DNA of 63,967 nucleotides, the filler included, from Stramenopiles sp. TOSAG23-6 (taxonomy: Eukaryota): the NCBI GenBank assembly GCA_900128565.1. It is 3 parts of 3 records of this genome, joined end to end, with 100 filler letters (N's around TTAATTAATTAA, not from the genome) between each part and the next. Parts side by side here need not be neighbours in the genome. Positions count along the whole stretch, not along the records: positions 25,015 to 49,769 come from LT636001.1; positions 49,870 to 63,967 come from LT636147.1; 1 more part is not named here. One strand, 5' to 3'. The notes under the pieces were generated by a model. The model saw nothing but the letters and a program-made list of their open reading frames with translations. It ran no database searches and was not told where the DNA came from. A program made the translations under genes and the position numbers. Positions 45,977 through 56,930 of this stretch are shown in pieces (within the stretch, counting starts at the first letter, position 1; each line of letters begins with the position of its first letter).

Positions 45977-48410
45977 ATGAACGATGCTGAAAAGTTAAGG
46001 TCTCTTATATCAGAACACTTGGAGGCAGATGGAGTTTACACCAAAATCCGTGAAATAGTTTCGAACTTCGCTCATGGAGGTGTAGATTTGGAAAACGGCA
46101 CAGACGAGGCTGGGGAGAGTAAATCTAATGCTTCGAAAGAAGACAGCTTACTACACAGCGTGTACACAAGTCCGGAAAAATCGGCAAAGGAAGTAATATA
46201 CAAAGCCAAAGATAAAAGCCAAGTATCTATATCCGAAAGAGAAGGAGGTGGATTTTTTGAAGGTTCCAACTTATCATTTCCAATGCCCTTTTCATCTGCT
46301 GCTTCTACTCTTCCGTCATCGTCAACTTCAGCGGCGTTTAATCCGTCTTCAACATATTTAGAGTTAAAATTGCTACGCGGCAGTGCATTTACTGATCATA
46401 TTTTGGAGGAAGATAAAGATGAAAATGACATCGAATCTTTTCTAGTGGTACATTTACATTTTTGTACGCAGCGCTTTCGTTCAAAGCCGGTTCCTATTAA
46501 TGTTGAACCTCAATTCAATGATACCCTACTTATCGAGCTTGATAAAACTCACACTTCCCAAAATAGATCAAACCAAACAAAGAAGAATCCTATCGATATT
46601 GAAGGTCTTTTACGTCGTGACTCACCAATTCATCTAGCCTTACTTCGAGTTGACGTTCCGATATTAGTCAGCAGTGTAAATGAAAAAAAAATTGACAACC
46701 TGAGTTCCTGTCGAGTCTCAGCTGCCGCAAAAGTGCAACTCCTTGCTACTCGCCTCATTGAGTGGAGGCATACATTAACAAATTTGGGTGGTGTAACAAT
46801 TCCTGTAGAACTATTCGGTATTGCAGAGGATAGCCACACTTCTATTGGGGTACTTCATGTCAAGTGTTCCATTCTTCCAACCCCACCATCGACGTGTACG
46901 TTTTCATCATAAATTTCAATTATATGTTTTTTTCATACGAAATGTTGTTCCTCAGATGTTTTTTTTGAAATGTTTGTTATCATAAATTTCAATTTGTTTT
47001 TAGTAAGAAAACTCTTTACCTCACGAATTTAGAATTTGACACATTTTTCTACAAACATCTCTATTAGTTCCAGCAGTTGTGGATAGAGCACTTGCATTGC
47101 AACGAAATATCGAGACCGCGTCTCATCGCGATTTCTACAGGTTTGCAAAATCGTGGTGGAATGATTTCCTTAAAATTGACAAAGATTTTAAAAAGCGAAT
47201 GGTGAAAATATTTGCGGAAAATGAGTGGGGTGATCATAGATCTGTTTGTAGTTTTATTGTACCAATACCAGGTGGCCGTGTCATTGATAGCGCATTAAGT
47301 GCGGCACGCTTTGTGAGTTTGTTACCTCTGCATCGACGATGTCCAAAAATTGGCATGTCAAGTCCAAGGTCGTCTCCATGGTCACATTTTCACACAATGC
47401 TTGCACTGAGAGGTGGTGATGTTCATGATCATGCGACTCTATTATGTTCATTATTGTTAGGTTTAGGCCTCGATGCCTATGTTTGTGTAGGATCGGCTGT
47501 CATGCAAATCAATCGCGGTGATTTGAAAACTCAAAGTAACAAGAATATTGTTTCAAATAGTAAAGAATGTGAAGAGGAAGAAGAATACATATGGGTCGTC
47601 ACAATAGATGAAAGTAAGCAAGCTACATTATGGGATCCGTTATCAGGATACAGATATTTTACAAAGGATTTGAATACAAAGTCAGTAATTCGTAAATCAT
47701 GTAGATTTTCTCGAGTAGGTTGTTTATTTCGCCATAATCGATTTTATGCAAACATTCAAACAAGTGATACCGCTGATACCTGCGATTACAATCTTTCCAA
47801 TAGATCAAAGTGGAAGGCAATGGATCCAGCAAGGATTCAAGCTTTGCCATGTGTTGTTCGTACAATACCATTATGTCCACCACAAATCAATGTTTTGAGT
47901 GCAGCTGAAGAGATGGAAAATGAGATAAAAACAATAATAGCATTACATAGAAAATCTCTCTTATCCCTTGACACCCACTGGAATGTCGAATTAAGTTACT
48001 TTCTCGCACCTGCACTAACAGCGTATGAAATGGAACGAATATGTACGTTTCCATCATTAATTTCAATCTTTTTTTACCAAATTCTATACCTAACAAATTT
48101 TGAATTTGATAAACCTTTTAACAATACATCGGGCGAAGGACAAATTACAGCTAACTCATTTTTTCAACAATCCATCAAACGTGCTGTACCAAATGGGTCA
48201 TCTTTCAGAGCATTTCCCATTATGTTTACACATCGAAATTCTGAGAAAGTCATGAAATCATTATTGGCATCTCCAGCAGCTTCTAAAATTATAAAAACAA
48301 AAGGTAAATCTGTGAAATTTGCGTTACGTGTTCGCGTGGTTGCTTATCCAGAAGATGTTGTTGCTTGTTGGATTATGTTGGCCGTTACACATTATAACTT
48401 AAATCAGTAA
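45977..48410 (+). CDS. CEP76: Centrosomal protein CEP76. Introns 46896-47058, 48043-48129
   Basis: C2-like QRFRSKPVP...EPQF, transglutaminase-like GDVHDHATLLCSLLLGLGLDAYVCVG, AYEMER...FQQSIKRAVP, YPEDVVACWIMLA. Confidence 0.88.
48043..48129 (+). other. Family intron, 87 nt, in frame and stop-free, hidden inside the CEP76 ORF
   Basis: ATAT|GTACGTTTCC...TATACCTAAC...CAATACAT|CGGGC. Confidence 0.8.
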
Positions 48411-48482
48411 AAAATTAATCTTCTCATTTATTGGAAATAAATATATTCTCTTGTTGTACACATTATTTACAGTCTTTACTTT

Positions 48483-49707
48483 TCATTTTTCTTTTGTAAC
48501 TAATTTCCTCCTTTCTATGTAACCTTCAGCTTGTTTCAGCCAACCTTCGCACCCACCATCAACCAAACCTCCACTATTTGCCCATGAAAAAAAGGCAAGC
48601 CATTCATCTAGAGAAATATTTCCATCTGTAACACCTCTTTCAGAGGATGAACACGAAAACCCATCCATATATGATAAATATACGTGTGCTTGAGCAGGAT
48701 CAAAACATTTGGATAATTCGAGAGACTCCAATATTCCAGAGTGATTTGTATCAATAGCACTGAATACTTCTGTCGCTCGTTCTATTATATCTAGCGGCAA
48801 AGGAGGAAAACAACTGATTGATGAAACTTTAGAATCCATTTCAGCAGCAGCCATTGCAGGTATAGATCGCTCAGATGTCGTTGCTACTACCTGATAACGT
48901 GACAATGCTGCCATCTGGCCACCAGTTTTGGCTTGTAAAGACTTTTCAGCTTGTTTTAACCAACGTTCGGAGCCATCTGAGGTCGATTCGGTCCATTCAA
49001 AAAAACATTTCCATTCTGCCCAGGAGAGTACACCATCCTTTATGTTTGAATTTTGACTTTTACTTTCATTGTTACGACCATCAATCCACTTTTGGTAGTC
49101 GGCTGCTTGTTTAGGTACGAAAACTCGTAATAATTCTGAAAGTTGCAGCTCACCAGACCCATCTACATCTAGTGCACGAAATATTGCTAGAGCACGGCCC
49201 AGAAATGAAGAAGAATCCAAAGCAGCAATTTGGTTAGCTTCAGCTACTTTAGCCGAGTTCATTTCACGGAGATTATGTATTGTGAAAAAAAAAACACACT
49301 CAAAAAACAATTGTTAGGTACAAAATTTCGTATGAAAAAAAAATAAATTTGAAATTCATAATGAAAACGAACATATCTTCTATTAATAATTGGTGTTACA
49401 TCAACTTCAAAATTATTTTCAAGTTTTTTAAAAATTTTCAAATGTGCCTCTGTTGTATTCTTAGACTTTTCAATGATTTTCTGTATGGTTTTAGTATAAG
49501 GACCATGTATTCCATCTTGCCCACTTTTCGATGAAAAATTAATAAATTTACCACCGCCATATAAACGAAATATATGATATAAAGTATCTTCAAAACGCAT
49601 CATTCTGTTTTTCTTAATATACGTTTCAACTTGATCGAGCCACTTTAATCTATTTTTTTCTGTCCCAGCAACTTTAGCGTTTTCGGGATCTGCAGTCCAT
49701 TCAAAGA
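48483..49707 (-). CDS. EF-hand repeat protein, 5'-truncated. Introns 49708->49769, 49275-49372
   Basis: DVDGSGELQLSEL, DTNHSGILESLEL, repeated DG.(L/I)S..EW..FF.W...WL.Q unit. Confidence 0.75.
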
Positions 49708-49769
49708 ATGCATTTTGGAAAAATATTTCAAAAAAAATATCGTTAGGTACAAAATTTCGTACGAAAAAA

Positions 49770-49869
49770 NNNNNNNNNNNNNNNNNNNNNNNNNNNNNNN
49801 NNNNNNNNNNNNNTTAATTAATTAANNNNNNNNNNNNNNNNNNNNNNNNNNNNNNNNNNNNNNNNNNNN
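49770..49869. other. Artificial contig linker N44-TTAATTAATTAA-N44
   Basis: Same spacer as at 24915. Confidence 0.95.
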
Positions 49870-49913
49870 CAAAGAGAGCGACAACAAAGAAAGCTAAACA
49901 ATCGGTTGCATCA

Positions 49914-52199
49914 ATGGAGCTTACATTTGCTGCTGCATTAAGCGCTTACTGGACTTTGTGGACTTTTGATGGGTTTCCACTTCATTTTGTAAAATTTGAA
50001 ACTCCGGTTGGTGAGAATTGTACGACCTTTGATGCAATCGATTGTTTAGCTTTCTTTGTTGTCGCTCTCTTTGGGGGGTTCTTGGGGGCTGGTTTCAATG
50101 CCATCGCTGAACATGCAGTATTACTAAGATCTAAATATGTTAAATCAAGGGCTAGACAAGTAGCAGATGTATTTTTTGCCGTCGTTGTTGCTGGGACTAT
50201 TGCAATATTTGCTGTATTAAACTGGGAGTGCCGCGATGCATCACGTGCTATTTTGTTCCGCGATAGTGGTACTTGCATGAGTAGATTTTATTATGATCAA
50301 ATCACAGTTGGTCGCGTATCTGTCGCATATGCGTGGGATGCTATTTCTGGTGATAAGATTCTTAAGGATCTAAAAGAAGGGAAGTATGCTTCAGGTACCA
50401 AGCACAAGTCATTCATTGAGGTAAAGTGTATGAATATTCAAACAAATGGACGTGGTATATATGCAGAAATGCTTACACAAGAATCAAAAGGTAGAAGACT
50501 CAGCAACACAGCAAATAATGATTTGAATTCCACTTTTGATATCGATTATTTTTTTGATGAAGATAATCATGTACGACTTTTAAGTGGTGAATCAAAACAT
50601 CCCCCAAAACATTCCTCAGAGCATTCCTCAAAACACACATCAAAACATCAACAAACAATTGTGGAGAAGCATAAGCCAATTGATTCTGATTGTATCAAAT
50701 TGTATGCGGAAATAAATGCGAAAATGGCAAAGGAATCGGAAAATCATGAAGAGCACGAAGATCACGAAGATCACGAAGAATGTACTCCAAAAAGGCTTTC
50801 TTTAGAAGAACAAGGTGTTAACTTAAATTCACATCATTTGCACATCTTTGCAGGTATCCTACATGCAAAACAAAAGATATGTAACTCAAGCCCTCAACAT
50901 CATCGAAGGTTAAATGGTCATGAGTCACACTCAATCATGATTCCTTATGATGAGCTCTGCAAGGATGGAATGGACGGGTTTAAACATTCACAAAAAGTCA
51001 TGGTACATTTGCCACATTTGAAGCAGTCATGTAGCAGCAATGCATATGAGTTTGAGCACGAAGAAAATAGAGCCGTCAAATTTGATCAACATTTATCTAT
51101 TGGTTGTGATAAAAAGAAAGAGTTTAATGAACTAGCGATGCTGTTCTTATCAGGCAACCTGCATTCTGTACGAGTCCTGCTTTTACGTGGTATTCCACAC
51201 TTGTTATCTCTGCCTTGTTTACTTGTATTTGCTTTTGTCTCATTTTTGCTTTCCGCAACTTCTTTGGGTCTCCCTGTCTCTGGGGGCACGGTAATACCAA
51301 TGATGATGGTTGGAGGTGCATTCGGTCGAGCTGTAGGTGTTATTATGCTTGTCATTCACAAGGAGATATGTAAGTACGCATTCAGCGACCCTCATGGGAA
51401 TATGTTTTATTGGTCAATGGGCTCAAGTCCGATTATCAATTTATGTTCTATATCTGATCCATCCATATATGCTGCTATTGGATGTGCGGCATTTATGGGT
51501 GGCTCTGGTCGTATAACACTTTTTCTGGCTATTGTGCTTTTGGAAATGACCCAGGACATAAAGTTAACTGTACCGATTGGCTTTACTACGATAATTGCAA
51601 TGTATGTTGGAAATGTGTTTAATCATGGCCTTTATCATAGACTATGTCATCTATGGGGTATGCCTATGATTTCTCCAGCTGCTGAACAAATTTCAAAATT
51701 GATTCCTGTAAAATGGATTATGGCAACTCCTGTCGTAAGCCTAGATAAAAGAGCAAGCGTCGGTGATCTACTGGATATGTTTTCTAAATACACGCATAAT
51801 GCTTTTCCAGTGTGTGACGACCATGGAACTTTATTTGGCCTTTTATCAAAAAAGCAGGTGATTGATCATATTGATCAAAAACTTTGTAACTTATCTGTGC
51901 GTGAAAAACATGAAAAAATATTGAACCTGGCGAATCTTATGGAATTGTGTCCTATTACTGTGCGCAGTCATATGAAAGTAGCCCGTGTACATACTATGAT
52001 GATTTCTCTTGGTCTCAGACATATCATCGTCATTGATACTAATAGCAGAGTAGTAGGAATTGTTACTCGCAAAGATATTCAGTTACATCACATTAAAAAG
52101 GCAATTAAAAGTCACAAAGATGAAGTGTACAATTTTGTTGATAATCCAGTTTTATCAAAAGAGGTTGGAGAGAGTAACAGATCAGAAACTCTCTTGTAA
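49914..52199 (+). CDS. CLC chloride channel/antiporter with two CBS domains, 5'-truncated, long His-rich loop
   Basis: GGFLGAGFN, GLPVSGGTVIPMMMVGGAFGR, YAAIGCAAFMGG, HNAFPV, GLRHIIV, VGIVTRKD. Confidence 0.88.
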   Translation: MELTFAAALSAYWTLWTFDGFPLHFVKFETPVGENCTTFDAIDCLAFFVVALFGGFLGAGFNAIAEHAVLLRSKYVKSRARQVADVFFAVVVAGTIAIFAVLNWECRDASRAILFRDSGTCMSRFYYDQITVGRVSVAYAWDAISGDKILKDLKEGKYASGTKHKSFIEVKCMNIQTNGRGIYAEMLTQESKGRRLSNTANNDLNSTFDIDYFFDEDNHVRLLSGESKHPPKHSSEHSSKHTSKHQQTIVEKHKPIDSDCIKLYAEINAKMAKESENHEEHEDHEDHEECTPKRLSLEEQGVNLNSHHLHIFAGILHAKQKICNSSPQHHRRLNGHESHSIMIPYDELCKDGMDGFKHSQKVMVHLPHLKQSCSSNAYEFEHEENRAVKFDQHLSIGCDKKKEFNELAMLFLSGNLHSVRVLLLRGIPHLLSLPCLLVFAFVSFLLSATSLGLPVSGGTVIPMMMVGGAFGRAVGVIMLVIHKEICKYAFSDPHGNMFYWSMGSSPIINLCSISDPSIYAAIGCAAFMGGSGRITLFLAIVLLEMTQDIKLTVPIGFTTIIAMYVGNVFNHGLYHRLCHLWGMPMISPAAEQISKLIPVKWIMATPVVSLDKRASVGDLLDMFSKYTHNAFPVCDDHGTLFGLLSKKQVIDHIDQKLCNLSVREKHEKILNLANLMELCPITVRSHMKVARVHTMMISLGLRHIIVIDTNSRVVGIVTRKDIQLHHIKKAIKSHKDEVYNFVDNPVLSKEVGESNRSETLL

Positions 52200-52700
52200 A
52201 TTTTCTATAGCAGTGTATGTAGAAATGGAAAAGTATATTAAGATAATATACACAAAAGATTATGCGATGTTTTTACAAATAAAAAGGAGATTTAAAATTT
52301 GATTCGGTATAATTATTGTTTTTTATAAATTTTTAATCTATTAATATGAGAGTATAGGGTATCTCATTACGTTCGCGCATTTTCGTTTTTTTTAATTTTT
52401 TCTTTGATTATAATAATATATTTTATTATTATTTTTTCGTGTAGTTCCTAGAAATAACTAACTGTATTTTTGGAAACGTAACGGTAACACGTTAGTTTAA
52501 ACTTTTCAACAGAGTCCCCACTGTCCCCCTTAAGCATGGACCAACTAGGGTAACAATAAGTACTTCAATTCTCGTACCTAATACCTCAGTACAAACGTAA
52601 TATATATTATCTTTCTTCGGTAACATTTACCTTTGGCCATCGGACCTTTCTAAAGAATAAATTGAGCTCTCTGAGGCACCGTGAAAACTTTTAATTGAAA

Positions 52701-53777
52701 ATGTCAGCAAAAGTTAATCAGACTGCAAAAGCCAATCTGACAAAAGATAAACAATATTATGATATTGAAGAAATCCGCGCAGCAGTACTATGTATAAGCT
52801 TGTCAATAAAGTTGCTTGAAATTTATACTATTTTTAAGACTGAAAAGTGTGTCGTTGACTCCAATAGTAAAACGTTCCTGCTAAAGCATAGCAGAGCTCT
52901 ATTAGATCATAGTAGAGCACTCACACAAATAAAGGAGTACCTTTGTTTACTGAAGACTTCATTACATAGAAAAGTTACACTCACTAAAAAGATTTGCGGG
53001 TTTACAGGAAAATATTTACCGTTTGAACTAAAATCCATAAAAGTTTCTCCATTTGAGTATTGCTTTCATCACCATAAAACTAAGTACAAAGAATTAATTG
53101 GAGCTGCACCCAGAGATTCTTTTGCTCTGTTTGATAAATATGGATATACTGAGTCAAAACGTCATGCTATTCTCGCATCTGTACGCGTAGGTATAGATTA
53201 CATTGCCGAAAATACTCGTTTTCTATCGAGACCAACTGCTGTAACTTTTGTTACTGAGAAAGTGAAACATAATATACGTAATTCACGAGTCGTTATTGCT
53301 CTAGCACAGGACTTTTTGAACGGGATATCACCAATTGATGCATGTATTTCAAAGATGCAGTATTCTTGTCGAAGAGCGGTGCGGATGGCGTCAAAGGAAG
53401 CTACGATACAAGGGTATCGTATCTCTGTAGAAGTTACACACAAAGTAATAGCAATAGATGATAATATACATGAAACGAAAATACAATTTGATGAGAAGCA
53501 AAAAGATAATAACGCCAAAGATGATTTGAAAAGGGAGGACAATAATTGTATATTTTTTGATACCTCACCTAACAGTAGATATGGAGTATATTCAATGATA
53601 AAAGAGGATAATGGTATAGGATTGGACAACTGTAGCAAAGTAAAACAGATTATTCATAAATCCATACTGGACTGTGCTCTTGATACAAATGATAATGCTC
53701 ATGTGCTTTCTAGACTTGAAACAGCTGCTAAAAAGTTCAATCGTATCCGCAAAAGACTCAACCGAAAAGTTCTTTAA
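52701..53777 (+). CDS. Hypothetical protein
   Basis: About 358-aa intronless ORF, no recognised motif. Confidence 0.55.
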   Translation: MSAKVNQTAKANLTKDKQYYDIEEIRAAVLCISLSIKLLEIYTIFKTEKCVVDSNSKTFLLKHSRALLDHSRALTQIKEYLCLLKTSLHRKVTLTKKICGFTGKYLPFELKSIKVSPFEYCFHHHKTKYKELIGAAPRDSFALFDKYGYTESKRHAILASVRVGIDYIAENTRFLSRPTAVTFVTEKVKHNIRNSRVVIALAQDFLNGISPIDACISKMQYSCRRAVRMASKEATIQGYRISVEVTHKVIAIDDNIHETKIQFDEKQKDNNAKDDLKREDNNCIFFDTSPNSRYGVYSMIKEDNGIGLDNCSKVKQIIHKSILDCALDTNDNAHVLSRLETAAKKFNRIRKRLNRKVL

Positions 53778-54345
53778 AGAGCAAAGTGTACAATCAAGCC
53801 ATTGGTTTTGCTATTCCAAAATACAAATAAATTTGAAAAGTATTTATCAATAGCTAAGCATAATTTCGTCCGTTTTCCCGTAATACAGTAGGTTCATTCT
53901 TTTCAAACCTTAATATATTTCTTTTTGATATATATTATATTTCTTTGTATATCATCTGGTATCAAATATTTAATTTTTTAATTCATAAATTTCGTCTTGT
54001 GTATCCAGTACATGGGCGACAGCTTTTCGAGCAGGTTTGTGATTTTTCAGTGATTTTTTTTTTTTTTTTTTTTTTTTTTTGTACGAACTAACTACGGACT
54101 CAACCTCCGTGTCACACGGTACACAATATAATATTGTCTAACCTGGCATGCAGTAATTAGTGGGAGAAGACCCGTTCAAACTCCAGAAGTTCTTTATTAA
54201 ACCATAATAAAAGTAAGTATCCATTTGAACGGATCTTCTACCGTGGCTTAAAGATTGGCGAGTAAATGACTTTCATCAAAAAAAAAAGGTATTGATTTAG
54301 TATGACTATAACCCTAACCCTCGCTTAATTTTACTAGTAAATTAC

Positions 54346-54499
54346 AGCGCGGCAACAATGGCTCTAACTTCTAAAGTACTGTCAGTTTTGAAATGCCACA
54401 TAGATAGGTGTATGCATTGCCTGTCATTCGTCATTCCCATATGTGTGAGTAGTCAAAACTGATAGTAATTTAGAAGTTAGAGCACATTGTTGCCGCGCT
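54346..54499. mobile_element. MITE-like element or long hairpin with about 47-bp inverted arms
   Basis: agcgcggcaacaatggctctaacttctaaagtactgtcagttttga ... tcaaaactgatagtaatttagaagttagagcacattgttgccgcgct; no clear TSD. Confidence 0.55.
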
Positions 54500-54808
54500 C
54501 AAACCGTCCAGATTTCGTGTTTTTGCCGTCATGTGAGCCAAATTGACACGAAAAACGAACATAATCACTCAAAAACCCCTAACCCTAGGCTAAAAGCTGT
54601 CGCCCATGTACTGGATACACAAGACGAAATTCAAAAAATCAAAATTAATATTTTTAAAAAAATTGGAGGGTTAGGGTTAGGGTTTCGCGCCAAAATTGCG
54701 CGCGAATTTTGGAATATTCAAAAGACAAGTTCAAGTTCAACCAACTTGCGAATAATAAGACTACATAATATCTTTCCCGAGACTATCTATTCCTTCTCCC
54801 TTAATAAA

Positions 54809-56767
54809 ATGAACATGAACTCTAAAGTTATTTCGGTAGCCAATACAGACTTCTCCAGTGGATCAAATATTTTGCCGATTAATTCAACACATTTTGAATC
54901 GCAAATAAAGACAAGTGAAGGTGTAGTCAGCCCAAGCAGTTCAAATGTCAGAGTAAACACCCAAGCCACACTATCTTATAGTAAGCTACAAAAAAACAAT
55001 GTAACAAAGAAACCTGTACCACAAATCTACTCAACTCCTCAAAAGTCAGTAGAAATTTTGAAAAATACAATCCCTGGGGAATATAAACGTCCACTTGCTC
55101 CAATGGTGACACAAGCAGATGAAGAAGAACTCACAGCTGCAATGCTTCTTCTTTCTCCGTTCGCTGTAGAGCAGCTTTCTGAAACTCACGACGAAACAAA
55201 AGCGACAATCGACATCCCCACCCAAAAGATCCAAATGACTGATTTAAAAGAAGGAAACATTGAGAATGGAGAACATTGCATTACACCACCAAATCTTCCA
55301 GTAAAGAAACTTAGCAATGTATCATGGACAGCGACAAAGTTGAAAACGGACTCTGGAATAAAAAATAGTCTACCTAAAAAAGAAGGGCGGAAAAAAGTGA
55401 ATTCCTCGATAACAAAGGAAAGAAAACGCTTTGCACGTAGAAAATCTATGAAAGGTGTTATTAGCATGTCTCGTAAAATTAAAAAGTCATTGGGCAAGCG
55501 ACGAAATAAATTTCAAATAAAAGCACTGAAAATGGCTAAAAGTGCCAGTAAAAAAAATAGCATTTGTCGTAATATTGCCTTTAAGTGTGATAGAAAAACA
55601 AGTGGGTCAACTACGTGTGGTACATCAGAGGAACTTTCAGCGTCTACAAATGTTGCATCCATTGAGATAGTAGAGAAAACTAATCCAGACAATCTGAAGA
55701 AAAAAACTGTCATTTCCGTTGAAACTTCAAGTAAACATTTTGATCAAGAAAATATGGGTTGTAGTTCAGCAAATGAACCAGTTGCAAAAAAAACAGCATA
55801 CATTTCACGAGAAAAAGAACAAAAAGAAAAAATAGATTCTGAATCGTATCAATCGTTACAAAAAAGTTCAATATGTACAAAATCATTTCTTGGCCATGGT
55901 CTCAATCAATACGGACTACCAAAATTGAAGCTTGTATTAGATTTAGATGAAACATTAGTTCATTCAAGGTTCGAGGATTACATGGATACGGGTTATTTGA
56001 GACAAATGGAGTTGAGGCAAGCTAATGTGAAAGCATGTGAAGATTTTCAAATTATGATTGGATCTGAAAGAGTCCAAGTGAATACGCGTCCCGGACTTAT
56101 CCCATTTTTAGAAAAAGTTTCAAAGTTGTATGACTTGTATATTTTTACCGCAGCAACTCCGGATTATGCTTCCTATGTCCTCAATGTCTTAGATCCAAAT
56201 CGGACAATTTTTAAGGGAAGATTTTATAGACGTCATTGCACTGTACGTAGTAATGGTACATATACCAAAGACTTACGAAATATTACACGTCATATCGATG
56301 CAGAAAATGTACGAAAATACAACGAAATACAGAGAATGCACACCAATAGATGTCCTCATATTAAAGGTGACAAGCAAATGTCAAATTTTTGTAATTTGAA
56401 TGAACGTTTTTCGGGATTTAGTTCTGCTCCGATATCCACTGGATGCGCAATATTATTAAACGATGAAGCATGTGATTATGATAGTAGTGACAACGAGATT
56501 CCTGTATTTGAAGAATCAGTCGATGTTGCACAGGATTTTGATGATCTCTCTCGAATCATTCTAGTGGATAACAGTCCTGTTTGTTTCCTAATGCAACCAG
56601 AAAATGGTGTGCCAATCTCATCTTTTTATGATGATGGTAACGATCAAGCTTTATTCAAACTAGAAAGGCTTCTACGAATGCTTGATAGCCAAGAGGACGT
56701 TCGACCACATTTACAAAATTTATTCAATTTAACAACAGAACATATCTATAGGGCAATTGGCCAGTAA
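54809..56767 (+). CDS. FCP1/SCP-like CTD phosphatase (CTDSPL2-like) with a disordered N-terminus
   Basis: LVLDLDETLVHS, RPGL..FL, IFTAA..YA, YTKDL, IILVDNSP, QPENGVPI; first ATG at 54809. Confidence 0.85.
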   Translation: MNMNSKVISVANTDFSSGSNILPINSTHFESQIKTSEGVVSPSSSNVRVNTQATLSYSKLQKNNVTKKPVPQIYSTPQKSVEILKNTIPGEYKRPLAPMVTQADEEELTAAMLLLSPFAVEQLSETHDETKATIDIPTQKIQMTDLKEGNIENGEHCITPPNLPVKKLSNVSWTATKLKTDSGIKNSLPKKEGRKKVNSSITKERKRFARRKSMKGVISMSRKIKKSLGKRRNKFQIKALKMAKSASKKNSICRNIAFKCDRKTSGSTTCGTSEELSASTNVASIEIVEKTNPDNLKKKTVISVETSSKHFDQENMGCSSANEPVAKKTAYISREKEQKEKIDSESYQSLQKSSICTKSFLGHGLNQYGLPKLKLVLDLDETLVHSRFEDYMDTGYLRQMELRQANVKACEDFQIMIGSERVQVNTRPGLIPFLEKVSKLYDLYIFTAATPDYASYVLNVLDPNRTIFKGRFYRRHCTVRSNGTYTKDLRNITRHIDAENVRKYNEIQRMHTNRCPHIKGDKQMSNFCNLNERFSGFSSAPISTGCAILLNDEACDYDSSDNEIPVFEESVDVAQDFDDLSRIILVDNSPVCFLMQPENGVPISSFYDDGNDQALFKLERLLRMLDSQEDVRPHLQNLFNLTTEHIYRAIGQ

Positions 56768-56930
56768 ATCAACTCGCATATTTTTAAGTATGTGAATTTA
56801 TCCTTACACCTAATTTATATTTATAATGCATCGTAAATGCAACAAATGAATTATATAATCTATATATACTGAGTAAAAAAATAAAGCGAATATAAATATT
56901 ACATTGTAGAATTATTTTTTAATATAAATT

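Noticed and set aside
479-49769. Interpretation as U12 (minor spliceosome) introns
   Set aside because: Donors are GTATGT/GTACGT, not RTATCCTT, and the branch-to-acceptor distance (about 30-45 nt) is longer than typical for U12. A divergent minor spliceosome cannot be fully excluded.
49870-49914. 45-nt inverted copy of 50029-50073 at the contig start, supplying the apparent CLC ATG
   Set aside because: Same fold-back artefact pattern; the CLC gene is simply 5'-truncated.
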